Source of the DNA: Ascidiella aspersa
Taxonomy: Eukaryota
Assembly (NCBI GenBank): GCA_963924565.1
Contig: OZ004615.1
Span: forward strand, 20,460,001 to 20,524,000
Direction: 5' to 3'
Length of the DNA stretch: 64,000 nucleotides
Positions 12,128 through 24,700 of this stretch are shown one piece after another. The notes under the pieces were generated by a model. The model worked only from the letters and a program-made list of their open reading frames with translations, was not told the DNA's origin and ran no database searches. Position 1 is the first letter of the stretch, and the number at the start of each line of letters is the position of its first letter. The position numbers were made by a program, and so were the translations under genes.

Positions 12128-15100
12128 TTATCTGCGAAGTTCTAATTTAACCTTGCACTCTCTCGGCACGACTAACGTGGAAACAATAGCGTCCAATGGT
12201 GGCAATTTACCGTTTGCGGAACGGATATTAAAGTTTTGAATAATCTTTACAAAAAAGAAGAAGATCTCAACGCGGGCCAAGCTCTCTCCGAGGCAAAACC
12301 GGGGTCCGATGGAAAACGGAATAATCTTGTTGGAGGCAACGAACTTTCCCTCTTCGTCTATGTGCCTGTGCGGATCGAACCTTTCCGGATCAGGCCAGGT
12401 CTCCGGGTCCATATTTGCCCCATCTAGGTTAGATATAACCTGCAAGTAAATATGAAGATATAATTTTATATCGAATTGCTCTGCTCAATTATTTAATCCT
12501 TGATGGGACATTAGAAGTCATCTTCAACGTATAGTTTGCTTATAAAACTTACACGAGTGCCTTTTGGCATTACAAAGCCTTCCAATTCGACTTGTGAAGA
12601 TGTGCAGTGGTCGACGCCCATGTGTACAATGGTTTTAATCCTCATCACCTCTTGTATAAAGGCGCACGTAACTGGCAGGTCGAGCCTCTTTGACATTAAA
12701 GGAGTCCCCGACGTCCCTATATGGTACACATGGATGTATATTGTAGTTTGTTTAAAAGTTTGAAGATAACATTTGTTGTGTGTTGCTTTTTTATAAAGAC
12801 CTTATGATTTTTTATGCCCCATATTACCTTAGGTTTTCTCGAGAGGAAAGTTAACCACACAGAAGCACGGGGCTTGACGTGGCCGTTTTGCTATCGACCG
12901 ATTATATAAGTCTAATGTATTTACTGATCATTCAAAAAAAAATTGCCATTTTGTCAAGTGTACAACCAAAGAATTTATTTTACCAAAAGTTTTATCGATT
13001 TCGTCTTTGATTTGCTTCTGGTAGTCCGGAAAATGAAGGTAATGGATAAACAACCACGTCAATGTTGTACTTGAGGTTTCTGAGCCTGCCACAAAGAGAT
13101 CACGACATGTGGCTACCAACTGTGCATCCTAAACAGCACAGTTGTATTTAACTTTAAAATATAAAAGCAAAAACGTTAATATCTTTGCATTGATATTAAA
13201 AAGGAACTTCGTATAGATCTTTAAATATAGTAATTCCATGAATAAACTGTTGCTACCAGGCATAGTAACGGTCAAAAGCAGTTCCGCTGGTAATTGTAAC
13301 TGCAGAGGAGCAATACTTATGGTTATTAATAGTATTCTCTTATTAAACGATATTCCGACATATTCGCTAAGTATATATTAAATGCTTTTAATTGTGCTGC
13401 TGGTAGTGCTTAAAATCAGTTAAACATTTTTTTCGAAATCTAATTTCAATCAAGCCCTGCTGCTTACCGTGAATCTTGACTGTTGTGGTGTTATTCCGTT
13501 CTTTTGCTCGTAAATGAATGCGTCGATATAATCGTGAATATTGTCACGATCAAAGCGATTTTTATGTTCCTCGATGCGATTTTTCATGAAACCTTAGAAA
13601 GGAAAGAGAGCTTCGTAGCATTAATGGCACTGAAAAGTGTTTTTAGCTACACATTTATTTCAATAGCATTTAATTGTCGGTACCAAACAAATTCGAGAAA
13701 ACAAAAAGGTCGAGATAAACAAATGCCATATAGTGACAAATTGGCAAATGCTAAGCAGTATAGGGATTTATGGCATGCCTTCGGTGGTATTCCAGCATAA
13801 AAATACGGCTGGCCAGTGGGCAATTGTATTTGTTTAGCATATACTTATACTTAAATGTATACGAACAAGGTAAATCAAGACCTAAACTAAACAAAATAGT
13901 TCAACATCATTTAGTAAGGGTTCATGGCTGTCACCGAGAAAACAATTATACAGCTCAAGAAAACGTTCTAATAACTTTGTCAAAATATTTTCACGACACG
14001 AGAAGTCCAATGGTGCGATGCTGCGCCACATTACCTTCTAGATTAAATTAAAGTTTAATCCAAAACTCTTAAATTTACTGGCCACGTAAATACTAGTCGC
14101 AAACCTTGTCGTAAATAGTAATTAGAAATTACCTAATATGTCCAGCATCCTCATCCCAAATACCCTTGTAGCTTCTGAAAATGGCGGAATTCTTGCCAGA
14201 AAACCAATAAAACTTAACATCGTTAATTTCTTTGCGTGTTTTGGATCGGCAAATCTGTCGGGAGAATGTTCGTGGTTTAGTTTAAATCATGAAAAAATGG
14301 AATAATCAAGGTTTAATTACACTTACAGCATTTCAAGCGTGTTAAGCAGCTTTATGAAGTCTTCATCTGTGTAATCATGGCGCTTTCCAAACGCAATTTG
14401 CATGATGACGTTTGACGTTAGCAAGTATAAGTATTCCTTTAAATAATATTAAATTATGGATTGCCTACTTAAACTAGAAGTCGTGTTACTCTAACTATTT
14501 TGTATTGCCCTAATTAACAGTTAAGTTAATGGCTGACGTACAGCAGGGGTTGTATTACTTTTTTAAAGTACACACTTTTTTTTTGGTTTAACATTGGCTT
14601 AAATGTTACAGTCCTAAATGTAGTATGACACATTAATTGCATCGAAAAAAAAAAACGCAACAGCATAAGTATAACACTTTAGCGTTTCCAAATTAAGATA
14701 ATACATTTAGTGTATTTGTTACGATAAAGCCATTATCTGTTTTTGGTAAATCTACTGTGAAATGATTCTTTGGAGTAGCACGACTGCAAATGGCCAAACT
14801 GCAAACGATAATAAAAAACATTGCGATTTATGAAGCACCTTTAAAAAGCGGTTATGTCAACGAATTGCGGAAACGATCATCGTTGCAAAATAACTATACT
14901 GTAAAATGACATTGCCGCAACACACACAACAGCAAATATACAGAGCCGCCACTTTAACCTGCATTCGTAAAAAGACGGCTTTTTGGTGCATTAGTATCAG
15001 ACATATAAACCTAAAACCATTAACATCTTCATCCTAAGTTTTTTCTTGGGTGCCTTTAACCACACACTTTTGGCAAACAGATCTCAAATTTTGTAGAAGT

Positions 15101-16394
15101 ATGAGAATAAGCTAACCTTAAAATCAAAGGTATCATCTGACTTTTGTATGTTTTTTAAATGTTCGATAAATCGATTCCCTTCTTCGTTTATCATCGATTC
15201 GAACCTTGGTCGGCCTAAACCTTTCCTGCAAAAATAAAAATCCCGGATTTTTTCCAGTTTTTGAACAAATGGCATCAGAGCGTTGTCATTTTATGAGGGA
15301 AGGTTTTTTTACTTTTAATTTTTTAGGAAAAACGTTACGACCGTATAGAAAAGTTTGAGGTTGCTCAAAACTCTGTGTTATCTCCAACAACTACTATTGT
15401 TGTTACGTGGTAAGTTAGCTTTTTTACTATGTTAAAGAACCTGATAAAACGTTATTCTACCTCATCCTTATAATATTACCTTGGTTCAACATTGTTTTCT
15501 TGTATGCAAAACGTCAGATAAAATTTTACGGCAATACGTGCGTTTATACGTTTCCGACAGAAATTCATACAAGATACTCACTCTCGAAAGAATTTCAAGG
15601 CAAAATGCTTTTGGGTTTTGAAGTTTTCGTCGTACTTTCTAAAAATTATGCCGTCGTATCCAGTGTTCCTGTAGATTAACTCATTCCGAGCACGGTCGGA
15701 AAACTTGTTGCCTTGCTTCACGAACGCCTAAACATTTGTATCATGAGCATAGAAGCCGTAGAACAACAGAACTATAATAATGTGTTTGTTTCACACAAGA
15801 TAGATTCGGAGCTTGATCACAGAACTACACATTGTGTCTTGTTTTAGTTGTGTTTCAACTGTTTAACCTTTAAAGCACACGCATGTCAGACAAACGTTTT
15901 ACAAAGGGGTTTGCAGACTGTGGCTGCTAATGGAATGTCAAAGGTTGCCTTTATGCCTCAATTGCTTTTATGTTTAACTGGTTTGCAGTCTAAAAGTCAA
16001 CTAGCGAGTGAGTTTTCATCTGTCGGCAAGTGTGTGGCATAATACACTAAAGTTTGCTTGAAAAATTAAAACAATGAAGTTTATCTGCGAAGCATCTTAC
16101 CTTATAAATAACGTCGTAGGTGTTTAAAACCACTACTTCGTTCATTCCCAAGCGCACTGACATAACAGGTCCGTACAGTTCGAGGCTCCATTTTTTAAAA
16201 TCCTTTGTTGGTGATTTCGATAAGTTAGGCAGCACTCCAACAATAGGAAAGCCGATTGGACCTGGCGGAAATTTTGCGTGCGGTCGTAATCTCCAGTAAA
16301 AATACAAAAGAAACACAACCAGACTTATCCAAGTCCAGAAGTTTATATTTGCGAAAAAATTAATGGTACTTAGCGCAATCTCCTGTAGGCTCAT
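12128..16394 (-). CDS. Cytochrome P450, clan 2 (CYP2-like), gene G2; 9 exons, ~508 aa
   Basis: Exons 16394-16101, 15727-15582, 15225-15117, 14436-14327, 14254-14133, 13592-13468, 13128-12984, 12716-12553, 12439-12128. Motifs AGSETS, EVMR, PERFDP, FSIGPRFCLG. An alternative in-frame ATG lies at 16406. Confidence 0.93.
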
Positions 16395-18915
16395 TTTGAT
16401 TAACATATCCACAGTAATATTTTATTAAAATTATACCCAGCAGGTATAATTTTACCTTTGTTAAAAATAAGGTTAATTGCAAAAAATATACTGTATGCAA
16501 TTTAAGCGGTTGCAGGTTTGGCGTAGAAAAGTATTTCCTGCTCTTATGTTGATTTCTGTAGACAAGCCTAAACTCCCATAAACCAATGGCAGTTATTTTT
16601 CTAACTTGTTACGTTTCAATCTTGCCACTGTTAACTTACAACTAGTTTACTATTGATGACGTTAACTGGTCTGATACAACAAAGTTTATATGATATGAGC
16701 TACTTGCTTGTGCACTTCTAATTCGTAACTCTTACCACGCATTCAAGCGAAACACTCGTTTAGCGTCACGCTTTGTGGCTGCCCAGTAAAAGTCAACTTT
16801 TCATTACATCGGTCATTCTCGCATCACACCATAGGTCAACCATTGGGCCTTACGGAATATGTGCAACAATCCTGGCGTAATATGATCCGATACGATATTT
16901 TAAGTCTTTGTTTTTGATACAGAATTATCCTGGACTTGTTATGACAACAGTCCGAGTCGTCGGGTAATTACGAACCTTAACAAACAAATGTTATGTTAGA
17001 AATGTTAGCTACAACTTTTACGGTACTAATCGGATATTTTAAGAACTGTCAATTAAGAAATGAAAAGCGGCTAGCAGAAAGGCGTGTGCCTTCTTACATC
17101 CAAGTCTCGTTATCTATTATTAATTGTTCATACATTTTTCGCAGTTATTATAGTTTTAAGCCCTTGCATTTGTACCTTAGTTTAACCTGGTTAAGTTGCC
17201 TTGGGCTACACTGTCACATCTTGTAAGTTCAGGGCCAACTATGCTAAAACAAAACGTAAACAGTCAGTAGTAGGCACCAAAAGATGTTCCGATTTCGGTG
17301 ACGTTGTTTTAACATTTCACTTGATATCACACTAAATGCTAGTATTATAATTATGACGTGCTTGTGCTCGTCTTGTTGTTTATTTCGACTTTGATGTTGT
17401 TCTAATTTTCGTATTTTTGCCGTTCTCCCAAGAGTTATGATTACAATTTTTTATAATAAGATTTTAGTGTAATTAATTACTTCCTAGGCAGGAATGCAGT
17501 CTTTTTAAAAGACAGGAAAATCTCTTTTTTAGTTTCGCTTTTTGAACATCTATAGATGCTTTTTTTACAGAAAAAAATAAATAGGTTCGAATAAACAGTT
17601 AATTCTTTGCTTGACAAAATATTGTTTTCTGTGACGTTAGGGTGTTGTGAGAACAATAAAGTAGATGTCAGACTATTTTTAATCCTAGTCTTGGGCGTAC
17701 CACGAAAGCATAGTCTAAAAACAAACAGAAAAGTTTTGCAAATTTCTCTCTTACGACATAGGTTGTATATTATTGTGCATATTTCAACAAAGAAATATTT
17801 GACCACAGTACTACCTGACTCCACTAAATTAAAACCTAACAAACTGCTGTCTAGACATTTGAACGTGTTTATTTTTAGATTGCGACATTTATTTAACATT
17901 ACAATTAACCTAGCTAAGCATTTAATGAGTTTAATTAATATGCTTGTTTCGACGGTGTTGCAATCGTACATGGCAGGCTTCGGCAGCATAGTTGCCAGAC
18001 CAAAATTGACTGCGAGGGGGATTATATCTGTCACGATTCTATAAATTGGTCAGTCGGACACGTTTTTCGATTTTGTAGGCCTATTACGTAGGCATCTTTT
18101 TCGTGTTATTTGGCGCAGCAAACACATTAATTACACGCAATGAAAGATAACATGTCGTTACTACTGGTCGGTAGAGCAGCATATTTAAGCATTTTTGTGA
18201 TTCAATAAAAAAAAACGATCAGCCATAAGTTGCATGTTGAAACATAAAAGTCACGCATTTTTTATTAACGCGTCGCTTTATTTTATATGCCCATATATTT
18301 TACAGAAATTACATGATGCGTACCCATTAATATTACCAAGTGATTATATTGTTGTATGATTTATTTGTTAATTACAATGATGTGACATTTAACTTTAAAG
18401 ATACTTAATGAATTGATTGAGTTAGCAATAGGGCGATTATTGTTTTACTTAGAAAATCTAAATTTTGTCAAAACTTATACGTCGTTGGGTCAAAATGTGC
18501 CAAAATTATTTCCAGTCAAGGCTTAGGTAAATAAATTAGGATGATTGACTTTGTGGTAGAAGGTAGATTAATTTACAGTAATTGTTCATTAACACTACAA
18601 TGCGTTTACATCAACTATGTAAAAATCAGATTACAAACAAAGTGCTTCATTATAAAATTAAGTTTTGCACTTAAAAACATTTTTCTTGCGATATGTTAGA
18701 ATTTTGTTAATTCTTACAAAAGGATATTTTTCAAAATCGGACTAATTTACCGAATTTAAAGGTTTAACGTTTGTTTTAAGGACAACGACTTGGCTTTAAA
18801 TTGAATTGCTTTTATTATGACTTGACAGGGACTTGACTTGTCATTCATTCAAAATGACATAAAAATCCCAGGTACATAATGACGTGCTAAAATTATTTTT
18901 GATACTATCAGTAAT

Positions 18916-20270
18916 TTATTTTCGAGCTTCCGATTTTACTTTGCACTCTTTCGGCACGGCTATGGTTGAAACTATCGGGTCCAGTGATGGCAATTCTTCG
19001 TTTGCGCAACGAATGGTGAAATTTTGGATTATCTTTACAAAGAAAATTAATAGTTCAACGCGTGCCAAGCTCTCTCCGAGGCAAAACCGGGGTCCGATTA
19101 AAAACGGAATAATCTTGTGGGAGGCAACGAACTTTCCGTCTTCGTCTATGTGCCTGAACGGGTCGAACTTTTCTGGATTAGGCCACGTCTCAGGGACCAT
19201 ATTTGCCCCATCCAAGTTTGCCAGGACCTACAGAAAAATGCGCATGCACTTAAATGGACAACCTGTATATTAAGTAAGATCCTGATATTTGTGACGTTAT
19301 TTTAAAAGTCACGAGTTTAATATGATCTGACTAGTTATGTTGTAGAATTAATTATAGTGCTTGCTAATTTGTGGTAAACATACTGCTATAGTGGTACGCG
19401 ACTTTAATTAAAACACTTACGATTGTTCCTTTTGGAATCACAAAACCTTCCAACTCTACTTGTTCTGATGTGCAGTGCGCAATACCGAAGGGTACAACAG
19501 TCCTCACTCTTAGAACCTCTTGAATGAAGGCACATGTAACTGGCATGTCACGTCTGTTTGACATTGTAGGAATCCCCGAATGGCCTATATGTAATGATGT
19601 ATGTGATTAAATAAATCTCAAGAAGTTCTGTTTGGAAATGATTTGTTTTGCCTTGTGGCATAACAGACCCGATAGGACATTGCTAAATAAATCGCGAACA
19701 GTCATAATCTGACACACTAAGTAAGGGCCAGCAATTAAACAGTGAATAAAACCGTTCTTACCCAATTGTTCATCGATTTCATTTGCGATTTTATCCTGGT
19801 AGTTGGGATAGTTGAGGTAGTGCACGAACAACCAAGCCAACGTTGTACTGGTAGTTTCTGAACCTGCTACCGAAAGATCTCCACAGGTCGTCGTCAGCTG
19901 TTTGTTCTGAATAAGACTATAACTGGTAATTCCAAAGCTCTTAAATTCACTTAAATTTTACAGATAACACCAATTTATGGTTTTCCCCAAGGACGCAATA
20001 TTAAGGAAAAACTATATTCCATCTTAGTTGGAAATGTACTTTCATAATCTTTTGAAATTATAACTAAACAAAAATCACTTGGGCCTTTTATGCTTGAAAT
20101 GCATCATGAATTTTGTTATTATTTCCGTCATGCAGCTTTGCTCACAGTGAATCCTAACTTTTGTGATCTATTTCTGTTTCTTTGCTCATAAATAAACGCG
20201 TCGATATAATCGTTCACGTTGTCAGGATCAAACCGTTTTCTATGTTCTTCGACGCAATCATTCGTAAAAT
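18916..20270 (-). pseudogene. Orphan 3' half of a CYP2-like gene (exons 6-9 only); pseudogene fragment or alternative 3' module of G3
   Basis: Exons 20270-20146, 19906-19762, 19584-19421, 19227-18916 have canonical sizes (125/145/164/312), GT-AG sites and no stops. Motifs AGSETT, EVLR, PEKFDP, FLIGPRFCLG. No exons 1-5 are visible in the 1.5 kb before the G3 stop codon. Confidence 0.8.
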
Positions 20271-21772
20271 CTGAAAAAGTCATTGTTGGAAGAGTTACTA
20301 TTAGGGCGATTAATTTTTGACTGGGCACCTTAAGTCAAAATTTTGTTAAAATCGTTTACACAATTGACAAAACTGTTGTTAGTTTTTTAAATTGCACAAA
20401 TTTTATACAAATTAGGTTCGAAATACAAAAACATTTATACTGTGGGATATCTTTATATAGAAGCAACAGAGAATTAACCCCAGGCCAGGTGCAGCGCGTT
20501 TGCAACATTATGCCTGACAGCTATATCTTATTTTGTATAAAAGCATGTCTGGAAAAGTTCTAAACGTTTTCAAAAAATCTAAATTTTTTGAAATAAGACG
20601 TAAAACACTATCGAGAGGCTATGGGCCGATTGGTCGCCGCCGTTGGGTTAGGGGTGGGGTTTAGGGTTAGGTCAAAGGTAGTTTAAATTTCGTTATGACA
20701 TTTTAGTTCTGAAGTCGCATAAAAAGCCAAACATTTTATTAAAATCGGAACGCAAACTGTTAAAACGGGATTTGTATGTGTATAAAGAATGTCATTAAAT
20801 TAGGTAGTTTTTAGTCTCATTACGCAAACAACATGAAACCTCGCCCGTGAACTGAACATATTAATAAGGCCATTTGAGTAACCTGACGCAAAACAAGTTT
20901 GCCTGGTCACCACTCTAAAACTGTAGCTACTTATGTAAGATTTATAGCTTTATATAGCAACTATAGTAAATTAAAGTAGGCTGATAAATGAAGGTAAAAA
21001 GTACCTTAAACTCAAACTAATTGCAACAGACGATTTTTTTGTTGATTTATTATGGGAAGGTGCCACCAACCCTAATATTAACTTTATTTTCATGCTGTGT
21101 TTAAAACGAAAAATATATAAATTCACGAAAGAATATATTTTATTATCAATTTAAGGGTTTTATTGGAAACATCCGAGAAAAAACAGCCAGGTGCGGGCAA
21201 ACTTTCAATTCGGGTAACAAATGAGAGCATTATGGATGTTTGGTATGATTTGATTCTTGCACAAAATGCGATGTTACATCACAGGGCAATCTAATTTAAT
21301 AACGGTAAACATTGATAAAACACTGGTTCGTTGCGGATGTCACATTAAACATTATACAGGTTAATTATTCATGGCGAACTATTACAACCACCACGAACAA
21401 GCGCACCTCTATCATTTTTAACCCCGGAAAATATGTTTCTCTATTAATAAACAATTTATACAATAACGTTAACATGCTTAATAGCTGCAGTCTTAACTAA
21501 ATCCGTCAAGTATATTGACACATGCAACTATGATAATTGCGTTTGGAATAATGTCTACACTAGTGTTAACACTGTAGGTTAGTATTTGATGCTTAGCGAC
21601 CTGGGTAAAGCAGCATATTATATGAAACTATATACATTTGGTAGAACAATTCGACGGGTTATAAGATTGCCCAGACAAATGAAAGGCATTACTTTTGTTG
21701 TTACACGTAATTGCTTTATTTCTGATGCAAAAGCTTGCAGAGTGATGCCTCTAATTTCTAACATTGTGCCAG

Positions 21773-24700
21773 TCAACTGCGAACGTTTAGTTTAACTTTG
21801 CACTCTCTGGGCACCACTAAAGTTGAAATACTCGAATCCAGTGGCAAAAATTTCTCATTGGCGCAAGTAATGGTAAACTTTTGAATTATTTTGACAAAAA
21901 AGACGAAGATTTCAACTCGGGCCAAGCTCTCTCCGAGGCAAAACCGAGGTCCGATAGAAAACGTGATAACATTGTTTGAGGCAACGAACTTTCCCTCTTC
22001 GTCTATGTGCCTGTGTGGGTCGAACTTTTCAGGATCAGGCCAGGTCTCCGGGTCCATATTTGCCCCATCCAAATTAGCAAGAACCTACAAGAACAATAGT
22101 AAAAATATATTAATAGTAAATATTTCGTATTCTGAAAAAATATTTAACTGGCATTTTTGTTTGATAACTCTTGCTTGTGTTTATAGATTGCCTCTCAAAC
22201 CCTAATTCTAGGCCCTAACAATGCTATATCCGGACCCCCGTTTGTATTTGGCTTTATTATGTAGCTAGTTTGAATACTGATATTATAGATAATTCTTCGT
22301 TATATATTGTTGCTCTACACGTCCTATTGTAAGTTTCCTTTTAGACTGAGGCACGAATATAACACAAATAACACACCAATGATTCCAAGGGCACTTACAG
22401 TTGTGCCTTTTGGCAGCACGAATCCTTCAAACTCGACTTCAGTCGAAGTGCAGTGCTCGGCGCCCAAAGGTGCAATGGATCTAACCCTCAGCACCTCTTG
22501 TATGAAGGCACATGTTACTGGCATGTCGAGTCTCTTCGACATAGTAGGAGTCCCCGACGTTCCTACGTTGTATATCATATTCAGATATTTTACAATTGAT
22601 TGCGTTCACGCCCGCGAAATATAGACTCGTAAGGTTGACTAAGGTTTCCCGTAGTACCTCAACATTTCACGGAAAAATTGATACAGTTTTAGAAGATCAA
22701 AAATGCCATGCAAGTGTTTTAACATAAAAAGCTAATCTTACCCAGAATTTCGTGAATTTCGTCTTTAATTTGCTGTTGATAATCCTTGTAGATGAGGTAA
22801 TGCGCAACCAACCACGTGAGCATTGTGCTTGAAGTTTCTGAGCCTGCCAAGAAAATATCTCGACAAGCGGCGATAAGCTGTGCGTCCTACAATACGTTTA
22901 AAACCATACCAAGTTATAAACTATTGCTACCAGGCATAGTAATATTAATCAAAAACAGCTCTTCTGGTAATTTTAATTCTTAACCAACGTTTTAGCAACC
23001 TATGTAAATCGCCTTAGTCAGTGTTCCCTGGTCGGTATTTTAGATTACCATAACATGTTAGTTTACATAAATTAACTTACAAGGTATACCTTATCACATT
23101 TGAAGACCCAAAATAGAAATAAATAAAGTAATTTATATAATTAATCCTAAAGCATAAGTTGGATGTAAAGTTGGCGCAGTAAGAATAAAACGATAAGTAT
23201 GTCAGATTTGGTAATTTCGATTAAAATCGTAATAACTTTGTGAAATGTTTACGTCAGAAAAAATAAATAGGAATCCCTATAGGATATTGTGTTACGCTTA
23301 CTGTGGACTTTTTCGATTTGACTCCGTTTCTTTGCTCGTATATATACGCGTCGATGTAATCGTCAACATTGTCGGGGTCGAAGTTTTTTTTATTCTCTTC
23401 GATTCTGTCTCTCATAAAACCTTAGAATTAAATAAAGATCGTTCGTATATTTCTCACTGATGCCATAAAGATATGTCAATCAGGCGCGGCCAGACCGGGG
23501 GTGGTTCCAGGTAATTCTTTGGGATCACCTCGTTTTTGTATAGAAATATGTGTGATATTTGTAAAGTAGGTAACTTATAAAACACCATGCTAAAATCGCC
23601 TTTAACAAAGCTTGGGATTGCTGGCATGAATTTACTTCACTTGCATCCACTGCCATAGCTTAATCGACCGCTTTAGTAAATGAAAGTATACACTGCTTAC
23701 TCAGCCCGACACTTATTATTACGTCCATATCTCGCGTCAGTATTCGTCCGTCTTTATAGTTTTATAACATCCAACTAATAGTTTAAAACATCCAACTAAT
23801 AGTCGAATAAAGTGTTTATTTCGAATTTACCTATTATGTCTTGCATCCTCTTCTCAAACATTTTGACAGCTTCTGAAAATGGAGGACAATTTGCCAGAAA
23901 ACCGAGACCGAATACCACCGACAATTTTTTCTCGTATTTCGGGTCAGCAAATCTAAAGTAGACAACATTGTTTAGGAGCAAACAAGTATAACACACTACA
24001 TCGAAAATTGTTTGTATACTTACAACATTTCAAGCGTGTTAAGTATTTTTGTAAAGTCTTCATCTGTGTATTCATAGTGCTTTCCAAATGCGATTTGCAT
24101 GACGACGTTTGACGTTAGCAAGTAAAAGTATTCCTATGAACAACAAACAATTGCCTACTTTTCTTATCACAAAGGTGACATAACACTACCATTTTACTTT
24201 TGCAATACACTACAATTCTCCTTGTAAGGTATAGTGATTTTCAAACTGTTTGCCGGAGATTGTTAAGTGTGCCGCAAACTTTTGAAATTTCACAAATTGC
24301 CTATTTTAATTAACAAATCTATGCAGACAAGCATACAAGACATTATTGTACGCTATCATTTAACTTTTATAGTATTATGTTACGGGTGATTTTGAAGTTA
24401 TACGGTATTATTGTTTTGTAGAGTTTAGGAAGCACTGGTCTAAGGGATCACATTCCCAGCTAATTGTTAAATCTTTATGGGGTTTTGTGCAATTTTTTTG
24501 GTGTTCCGAACCCCGCGGTTTAGCTTTTTTGTGTACTCTGCGGTTAGATTTGAAGCAAATTGTACAAAAGACAAGAACTGGATAAATTTAGTTTCACAAA
24601 ACAATAACTAAATGCATGTAAACATTATTTTACTGGTAAGTGTCTCATATGTCGTGTATTACTGAAGACCGATCACGAGTTTACATACAAAAGAGCTTTC

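Noticed and set aside
17477-18044. Overlapping 185-aa (-) and 145-aa (+) ORFs, the longest not overlapping a CYP exon
   Set aside because: No recognisable domain, and the AT-rich composition is typical of chance ORFs or eroded transposon DNA. A BLASTx or Dfam search would be needed.
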